NCBI GenBank assembly: GCA_045863295.1
Contig: BTWA01000007.1
Span: 72,469-136,468, forward strand
Reading direction: 5' to 3'
DNA length: 64,000 nt
Origin: Candidatus Hydrogenedentota bacterium
GTDB lineage: Bacteria; Hydrogenedentota; Hydrogenedentia; Hydrogenedentales; SLHB01
Shown here: positions 58,065-64,000 of the stretch, piece by piece
Position numbering within the stretch: position 1 is the first letter of the stretch
How the letters are laid out: every line of letters begins with the position of its first letter
Position numbers and translations under genes: made by a program
The notes under the pieces: generated by a model
Told to the model about the DNA's origin: nothing
Seen by the model: only the letters and a program-made list of their open reading frames with translations
Database searches by the model: none

Positions 58065-60011
58065 TCAGCCGCCGAGGCTGGTCAGGGTTCGTTGTGCTCT
58101 GTCTTTGATGCCTTCGTTGGTGGCTTTTCCCATCACGGCCTTCAGCGCTTCAATTGCGGGCGCTTTGCCGGCCTCCTGCTTGCCCAGTTCCGACGCGGCG
58201 CTCACAATGGCTGCTGCGGCCTCGTTTTGCACCGCCGGGTCATCCAAGTAGGGCTTCAATGCGTCCAGGGATCCCGGAGTGGGCAATGTACCCCATGCGC
58301 CGAGGACGAGCCATTTTTCCTCGGTTTTGGAAGCAATTCCCGTTGCCGTGGTCAGCATTTCGGCTTTCTTTGCGAGATCGGCCTCGGACCTCGCCAGGCG
58401 TACGTATCCACGAAGACCCAGGTCTTTTCGGGATGCATTGTCGCCCTGTGCCAGAGCGAGCAGGTGAGGAGCCGCTTCTGCGTTCGGCCAATCCGCCAAT
58501 ACACGGGCCGCCTCGTCGCTCAAGGATGCATCCGCATCTCCGAGCGCCGTGACGACAGCTTCAAGCGCTTTCGGGCTCCCTATGCGATTCAATGCGGCCA
58601 GGATCGCCACACGGGTCGATGGAGACGTAGACGCCATGGAAGCGAGCAGTGCGGGCAGGACTTCGTCTCCGTAACTTCGGCTGATGGCATCCACGGCCTG
58701 TGCGGCTGCTCCGCGTTCGGCATCGTCTTTCGCGGCTTCCAATGTAGCGAGAATTGCCGGCATATCCTCCTTGCTTCCCAATACGGTCAAGGTTTTCAAC
58801 GAAGCGAAGCGAACGTCCGCATCCGCGTCCTTTATGTTTGCCGCGGCGAGTCCAGCCGCCTGAGGCGCCATGCGCCGGCCCAACAATTCAATGACGGGTG
58901 CTTTGACCTCGGCGGAGGATGAAGCGACTGTGGCTGCCAATGCGGCATCGGCTTCCGCGCCTTTTAATTTGGTGAGTGCCTGCATGGCCAAGTCGGCGAC
59001 CGTCTTATCGGGCGATGCGAGCAGTGCCGCAAGTGCGACGACGTCATCGGCATTGGCGAGTTTTCCGACGGCCTGAAATGCTGCGGCCTGGATGGCCTTG
59101 TCGTCGCTGCCGAGGAGTTCGAGGATGGTTTCACGCGCGGCCGGATCCTGGCGGTCGCCGAGACCCCGAATCAGCGCGGCCTGACCACCGGGCGGCAACG
59201 TGGGTAGTGTAGCCAGCAAGGCGCTGGTTGGCACGGAGCCGTCGGTTTTTTCTGAGACAATTTGCGCGGCCAGATCCCGGAAGACGGGGTCGTTACCGGC
59301 CAACGCCGCAATCAGGCGTTTTGGCGCTTGTTTTGGCCGCGTATCCATAACTGCTCGAAACGCGCCGGTCCGTACATACTCGGGTTCGCTTTCCGCGAGC
59401 AGCGCCTTCAGCACCGGCATGGCCGCCTTGGGATTGCCGTCCGCGGCGAGTTGTTGTGCGGCTGCGAGCAATCCTTCGGCCAGCGGTGTGGACAGCGCAT
59501 CCGCAGCGTTTTCTTTCACCGCCATCAGCGCCTTTGCTGCTTCTTCCGTGCCGATCCGGCCGAGTGCGCCGGCCGCTGATCGAGCGATTTCGGCATCCGC
59601 GTCGTTCAGAAGCTGTGCCAGCATCGAAGCGGCCTTGGCGTCCCGCCGCTCACCTAGCGAAATAATCACACCTGCCTTGTGGAGTCCGGTTGTAGAGGCC
59701 AGCGCATCACGCAGGGCCTGGTCGACTTCCGGATAGGGCATGGGTTCCAGGGCGTTGCGCGCTGCGTGGCCCAGTTTCTCCACGTTGAGCAGGGCCGCGA
59801 GGGCAGGTACGGACTTGGCGGTGCCCACGACCTGCAACGCGCGGCATGCCTCGAATTTGGCTTGCCATGCGGCATCACTCTGCAGCACGGCTATGAGTTC
59901 GTCTTCGTTGCCCGTATACTGGGCGAACGCAGCTGAGGCCAGAGCCGCTGTCAACAGCATGGCCAGCCCCGCCGATCGCATGAGGGTGCAAGACCCAAGT
60001 ATCCCCTTCAT
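58065..60011 (-). CDS. Secreted HEAT/PBS-lyase repeat protein
   Basis: Signal peptide; Ala/Leu-rich repeats of the form L.D.D..VR..A..ALG.IG. Confidence 0.88.
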   Translation of the reverse strand: MKGILGSCTLMRSAGLAMLLTAALASAAFAQYTGNEDELIAVLQSDAAWQAKFEACRALQVVGTAKSVPALAALLNVEKLGHAARNALEPMPYPEVDQALRDALASTTGLHKAGVIISLGERRDAKAASMLAQLLNDADAEIARSAAGALGRIGTEEAAKALMAVKENAADALSTPLAEGLLAAAQQLAADGNPKAAMPVLKALLAESEPEYVRTGAFRAVMDTRPKQAPKRLIAALAGNDPVFRDLAAQIVSEKTDGSVPTSALLATLPTLPPGGQAALIRGLGDRQDPAARETILELLGSDDKAIQAAAFQAVGKLANADDVVALAALLASPDKTVADLAMQALTKLKGAEADAALAATVASSSAEVKAPVIELLGRRMAPQAAGLAAANIKDADADVRFASLKTLTVLGSKEDMPAILATLEAAKDDAERGAAAQAVDAISRSYGDEVLPALLASMASTSPSTRVAILAALNRIGSPKALEAVVTALGDADASLSDEAARVLADWPNAEAAPHLLALAQGDNASRKDLGLRGYVRLARSEADLAKKAEMLTTATGIASKTEEKWLVLGAWGTLPTPGSLDALKPYLDDPAVQNEAAAAIVSAASELGKQEAGKAPAIEALKAVMGKATNEGIKDRAQRTLTSLGG

Positions 60012-60057
60012 CGTTCCACCTTTCTATCGAATGCCCGTTTTCTTGAATGGTCCGGTT

Positions 60058-60423
60058 CTATCTCATGGATTGGTCAAACGTCAGCCGGTTGCCAAACGGA
60101 TCGACAACCTCGACGCAAATGGAATTCCATGGCGTATTGCCAATGCCCGGCTTCATGTATGGGTTGGTCCGAGCATTCCATTCTGTGTGCAAAGCCTTTG
60201 CATCGTTCACACGAATGAACACCCTCGCTCCGGGAGAGCAATCGCCGTAATGCTCGGTCAGATGCAGAGTGCATGCATCTCTTGTCACTTGCATGTACCT
60301 CGGCGCGACCCCTTCAAACTGATGTTCCCATTCCAAAGCGAATCCCAGCCAATCGATGTAAAACGACTTTGCCATTGCATGGTCAAAGACTCGCAAAATG
60401 GGTATGGGCGCCATCAAGTTCAT
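60058..60423 (-). CDS. VOC/glyoxalase (bleomycin-resistance-like) protein
   Basis: PILRVFD, FY..WLGF...WEH, LHLTEHYGD, DPFGNRLTF. Confidence 0.88.
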   Translation of the reverse strand: MNLMAPIPILRVFDHAMAKSFYIDWLGFALEWEHQFEGVAPRYMQVTRDACTLHLTEHYGDCSPGARVFIRVNDAKALHTEWNARTNPYMKPGIGNTPWNSICVEVVDPFGNRLTFDQSMR

Positions 60424-60441
60424 GATTCAGAAACCACTTTC

Positions 60442-61737
60442 CTACAGGTACCACGGTTCGCGGTATGCGCGTGACCGGAGCCGGTTTCCTTCGTCGTCTC
60501 CAATACATTCTTCCTTGACCGGGTCCCATTTGATGGGGCGGCCGAGGCGTTTGCAGATATTGGCGACGTGGCATGACGAGATGGACCGATGCGCCACTTC
60601 TCCGTTTGAAATACATTCGGTTCGAGTTTTCACGCAATCGAGAAACGCTCGAATGTGATTATCCGGCGGATAGCCTCCTTCAAAGCCCCGGTTGCCGAGC
60701 AGCGATTTAGGATAGGTTTCCACGATGCCGTCGTCGCCGGTTTCGACCCAGCCCTCGGTACCTTCGAATCGCACCGGGCAGGAGCCGAAGCGTAAACCGG
60801 TGCGAATGACCAGCTTTACGCCATTGGCGTAGCGGCCGCAATACCGGTCGCCTTCTTTCCAATACTCGATGGGGCTGGTATCGTCGGCGTTGTTTGCCCA
60901 TTGGCACAGGTCCACGGTATGGCTTCCCCATTCACAGATGGACGCGCCGCTGAAGTCGACGTGATTGCTCCAGAAACCGCGTGTCGGATATTTGGCATTG
61001 TAGGGACGCCATGCGGCCGGCCCCAGCCAGCGGTTCCAGTCAAACACTTCCTTGGGCGGCTCTGGTTCTTCGGGCAGCACTTCGTAGTTGAACGTTTGCC
61101 ATCCGCCCGCCTCTTCTGCATGAACTTCCTTTAATTCGCCCAGCTTTCCGCTACGGGCCAGTTCGCACGCGAAAATAAAGTTACCGATGCTTCTCCGTTG
61201 CGTTCCGCACTGGAAGATGCGTCCGAGGCGTTTCATGGTATCGGCCACCGCGCGCGATTCGGTAATGCACACACTCAATGGCTTTTCACAATACATATCC
61301 TTGCCTGCACGCGCGGCCATGATAGATACGCCGGAGTGCCAATTGTCGCCGGTGGCAATCAAGCACGCATCAATGTCTTTCCGGTCCAGCAATTCCATCA
61401 TGTCGATGTAGGCTTTGCAGTCCTGATTGCCGTACGTTTGATTGACGTGGTTCTTTCCGCCCTCACGCCGATCTCCGAACGAGTCGCATACGGCGACCAC
61501 TTGCACATCCGGCTGAGCCATGAACGCGCGCATAACGCCTTGGCCGCGTCCCCCCAGGCCGATGACGCCCAGCGTAATTCGTTCGCTGGCCGCCGCCCGG
61601 TCCGCGGCCCCCAACGCTTTTGAGGTGATGACGGTCGGTGCGGCCACCACGCTTCCTGCTGCCACGGCCGCGCCTTTTAGAAAGCGCCGCCGTGTCCAAT
61701 TCGCTGCTTGAATCTTTTTCACGATTCCTTCCCTCAT
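60442..61737 (-). CDS. Tat-exported Gfo/Idh/MocA oxidoreductase
   Basis: TRRRFLK, GVIGLGGRG, ATGDNWH, YCEKP, GTQRRS, WGSHTVD. Confidence 0.93.
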   Translation of the reverse strand: MREGIVKKIQAANWTRRRFLKGAAVAAGSVVAAPTVITSKALGAADRAAASERITLGVIGLGGRGQGVMRAFMAQPDVQVVAVCDSFGDRREGGKNHVNQTYGNQDCKAYIDMMELLDRKDIDACLIATGDNWHSGVSIMAARAGKDMYCEKPLSVCITESRAVADTMKRLGRIFQCGTQRRSIGNFIFACELARSGKLGELKEVHAEEAGGWQTFNYEVLPEEPEPPKEVFDWNRWLGPAAWRPYNAKYPTRGFWSNHVDFSGASICEWGSHTVDLCQWANNADDTSPIEYWKEGDRYCGRYANGVKLVIRTGLRFGSCPVRFEGTEGWVETGDDGIVETYPKSLLGNRGFEGGYPPDNHIRAFLDCVKTRTECISNGEVAHRSISSCHVANICKRLGRPIKWDPVKEECIGDDEGNRLRSRAYREPWYL

Positions 61738-61981
61738 GTTGCACCCGTTACTTCGGTGTCCAAAGCTCCCCGCCATGGATGCCCAAACATGTCTTTAACA
61801 GTACTCCTTCCCGAGCGGCCGTGTAAATGCCGCAACTTGCCATGGCTTCACCTTGTTTGGACGGGACTGGAGGGGTATAGTGAGCTTGGAAGGGCGGGTA
61901 GCCAAAGTTGGATTCTGCGTATCATGAAAGGAGTCCCTGACGTCGAGTCTCCCTGAGATTAGCCATCGCGGAATTGCCGTA

Positions 61982-62698
61982 GTGTCGTTCGCGGTTGTCT
62001 ACGGTGTATTGACCCACTTCATCTTTGCGGTTGCCGTGACGGTAATGAGTATTGGGCTTTACACTGGACTGAGTTCAGGTTGGGGACGACTTGACGGCTG
62101 GCTTGCCGTGTTGGCCAATCTGCTTCTCCTTGTTCAGTTTCCGATAGTACATTCGTATTTGCTTTCCACGCAGGGCCGTAAAGTATTGTCCCGATTGTCG
62201 CCCATGCGACTTGGAGCGGACCTTGCGCCTACCAGTTTTGTTTTATTTGCCAGTCTTCAACTTATCATGACATTTGTTTTGTGGTCGCCAAGCGGGGTGG
62301 TTTTAGGGGGCAACGAATTCGAAAGATGGTTGTTTCGCGCGTTCTTTGTTGGAAGTTGGATTTTCTTATTGAAAAGCTTGGCCGATGCCGGGCTCGGTCT
62401 GCAGACGGGTTACATCGGTTGGGTATCCGTAGCCCGCGGCAAACCTGTCGACTATGGCGCGTTTCCCACTAGCGGATTGTTTCGCTTTTGCCGCCATCCG
62501 GTTTATTTGGGATTTGCGCTGGTATTGTGGACGGCGCCTGTCCATACCTTCGATGGACTTTTGCTTGCCGTTATTTGGTCCGCCTATTGTGTCATCGCGC
62601 CGCGATTTAAAGAAGAACGCTATCTCAAGTGGCACGGCGATTCCTATCGCCTTTATCGAGACTCCGTACCCTATATGATCCCACGATTCCGCGGGTGA
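61982..62698 (+). CDS. ICMT/MddA/Nurim-like integral membrane methyltransferase-family protein
   Basis: Multi-TM; QFPIVHS, GLFRFCRHPVYLGF, EER.....G..Y..YR..VP..IP. Confidence 0.75.
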   Translation: MSFAVVYGVLTHFIFAVAVTVMSIGLYTGLSSGWGRLDGWLAVLANLLLLVQFPIVHSYLLSTQGRKVLSRLSPMRLGADLAPTSFVLFASLQLIMTFVLWSPSGVVLGGNEFERWLFRAFFVGSWIFLLKSLADAGLGLQTGYIGWVSVARGKPVDYGAFPTSGLFRFCRHPVYLGFALVLWTAPVHTFDGLLLAVIWSAYCVIAPRFKEERYLKWHGDSYRLYRDSVPYMIPRFRG

Positions 62699-62702
62699 CG
62701 CG

Positions 62703-63209
62703 CTACCGCATTCCCTGTATTTTCCGGACTTCATCTACAAAACCATGCGGACACTCTGGCGTCACAACGAAGGTGCGATGCAAGGTGCGGATAACGACGG
62801 ATTTGGATGGATTCGTCGCGTAGGCTCGGTAGGTACCCAGCCTCTTGTTGCGGAATAGACCGGAGAAACAGAACAATCCCCCATTGCCCCATAGGCGGAT
62901 GGATCGCGTCATGGCTTCCGGGTCGGCTTCAACAGAAGTCAATTCGCTTGTGTCGATAGTAGAATGCCAACCGAGACGCCTTATCAGAATTGCGTTCTTG
63001 GTGAGCTTGTAGCCGCGTATAACAAAGATTGCGCAGGAAACGACAGTAGCCATCGGCAGGAGCACCATGACTGCCATCCAGGCTGGGTTGCTGCGGGGCC
63101 CCGAGAAGGTCGCTATAAGTGGAATGCCCACCAGTAATGCGGTAGAGAGTGTGGAAATTAGTTTAAGCGCTGTACTCCAGGGTGCCGCGTACTCGACCGG
63201 TTTTTCCAT
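62703..63209 (-). CDS. Membrane protein with a bacterial PH domain
   Basis: 2 TM helices followed by SIRLWGNGGLF.FSG.F.....G....YAT.......I......VVTPE. Confidence 0.78.
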   Translation of the reverse strand: MEKPVEYAAPWSTALKLISTLSTALLVGIPLIATFSGPRSNPAWMAVMVLLPMATVVSCAIFVIRGYKLTKNAILIRRLGWHSTIDTSELTSVEADPEAMTRSIRLWGNGGLFCFSGLFRNKRLGTYRAYATNPSKSVVIRTLHRTFVVTPECPHGFVDEVRKIQGMR

Positions 63210-63336
63210 GTTGACTCGTTTCCGTCCTTTGATTCGGATCTTCCATTCGCCATCAAGTATACCAGTTGTTTGGTGTGTATTTGAGAGCGCGTAACTGTAT
63301 TGTCTTCATTTTAGCCTGTTTACAGAAGGGAATCTA

Positions 63337-63366
63337 TTGACAAACCTCATGGAATCCACTTATAAC
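63337..63366 (+). promoter_or_regulatory. Sigma70-type promoter upstream of the dioxygenase gene
   Basis: TTGACA (63337-42), 18 bp spacer, TATAAC (63361-66), in an AT-rich intergenic region. Confidence 0.5.
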
Positions 63367-63533
63367 CACCACCATTTAGCTTCACGATCGCTGACTTTTG
63401 AATTGTTGCGAGCATAATTCAAGGATTGTAACTTCCTAAAAACCATGCGAAACTGGTTGGTATCCGGAACTTTTGTCGCCTGACCGTGTTCCAATTGCGT
63501 CAGTCCGGCGTTGCCGAAAGGAATCGACCGCTT

Positions 63534-64000
63534 ATGCATTTTTCATCTTCGGCCCTAACCCGCCGGTCCCTGATTAAGGGAATTGCCGCTGGTGCGGTCT
63601 CATTCTCGAGCCCCGGGGTGTTTGCGGAGGCATTGTCCTTGACCCCCGCGCAAACAGAAGGTCCTTTTTACCCAGACCGTCTTCCTCTCGATACCGACAA
63701 CGACTTATTAGTCATCAATGACAGTATTCATTCGGCGGTGGGTGAAGTGACCCATTTGACGGGGCGGATTCTGGACTCCCAGGGCAATCCCCTTCGCAAT
63801 GCCCTCGTGGAGATCTGGCAAGTCGACAACAATGGGGTGTATATCCATACGAAAAGCCCAAGCCGCGACAAGTTGGACGGCAATTTTCAAGGATTTGGGC
63901 GATTTCTGACTGGGAAAAGCGGAGAGTATTATTTTCGGACGATCAAGCCCGTGCCGTATGCGCCGGGTCAAGGTGGTCGACCGCCCCATATTCACATGGC
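63534..64000 (+). CDS. Tat-exported intradiol ring-cleavage dioxygenase-like protein, runs off the window
   Basis: Absent from the ORF track. Manual translation: [15 protein letters not shown]...TEGPFYP...LTGRILD...[11 protein letters not shown]...FRTIKPVPY...RPPHIHM, containing the Tyr/Tyr/His/His Fe ligands. Confidence 0.88.
   Translation, partial: MHFSSSALTRRSLIKGIAAGAVSFSSPGVFAEALSLTPAQTEGPFYPDRLPLDTDNDLLVINDSIHSAVGEVTHLTGRILDSQGNPLRNALVEIWQVDNNGVYIHTKSPSRDKLDGNFQGFGRFLTGKSGEYYFRTIKPVPYAPGQGGRPPHIHM

Noticed and set aside
63708..63995. 95-aa minus-strand ORF
   Set aside because: It is a shadow of the plus-strand dioxygenase.
1..64000. CRISPR arrays, tRNA/rRNA, IS elements, prophage or defence genes
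   Set aside because: I saw no spaced direct repeats, cloverleaf-like segments or relevant protein motifs. Small ncRNAs could be missed by eye.

Overview
Gene-dense, GC-rich bacterial chromosomal window with about 38 protein-coding genes. I found no rRNA, tRNA, CRISPR array or transposase. The gene content (DUF1553/DUF1501 pair, Tat-exported Gfo/Idh/MocA plus HEAT protein, carboxypeptidase-regulatory repeat protein, many secreted glycan enzymes) suggests a Planctomycetota-like or Ca. Hydrogenedentota-like diderm heterotroph; this is inference only. Blocks in order: partial GH78 rhamnosidase; two MauE-like genes and PfpI; a secreted glycan-enzyme cluster (DUF4861-like, heparinase II/III-like, two tandem unclassified GH-like paralogs); an RRM protein; an NsrR-controlled truncated globin plus reductase module; a divergent catabolic cluster (FAH hydrolase, heparinase-like, Na+ symporter, class III aminotransferase, M81 amidohydrolase, alpha/beta hydrolase); envelope proteins; a GHL10-propeller fusion; DUF1553/DUF1501; DUF362; DUF4091; DUF900; a RedB-like/hybrid kinase/HD-GYP signalling operon; an FGE-sialidase-MORN fusion; a TetR-regulated RND pump; HEAT/VOC/Gfo; and a partial Tat intradiol dioxygenase. 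All family calls come from motifs recognised by eye, not from database searches. Start codons were adjusted by eye where an RBS or signal peptide supported it.
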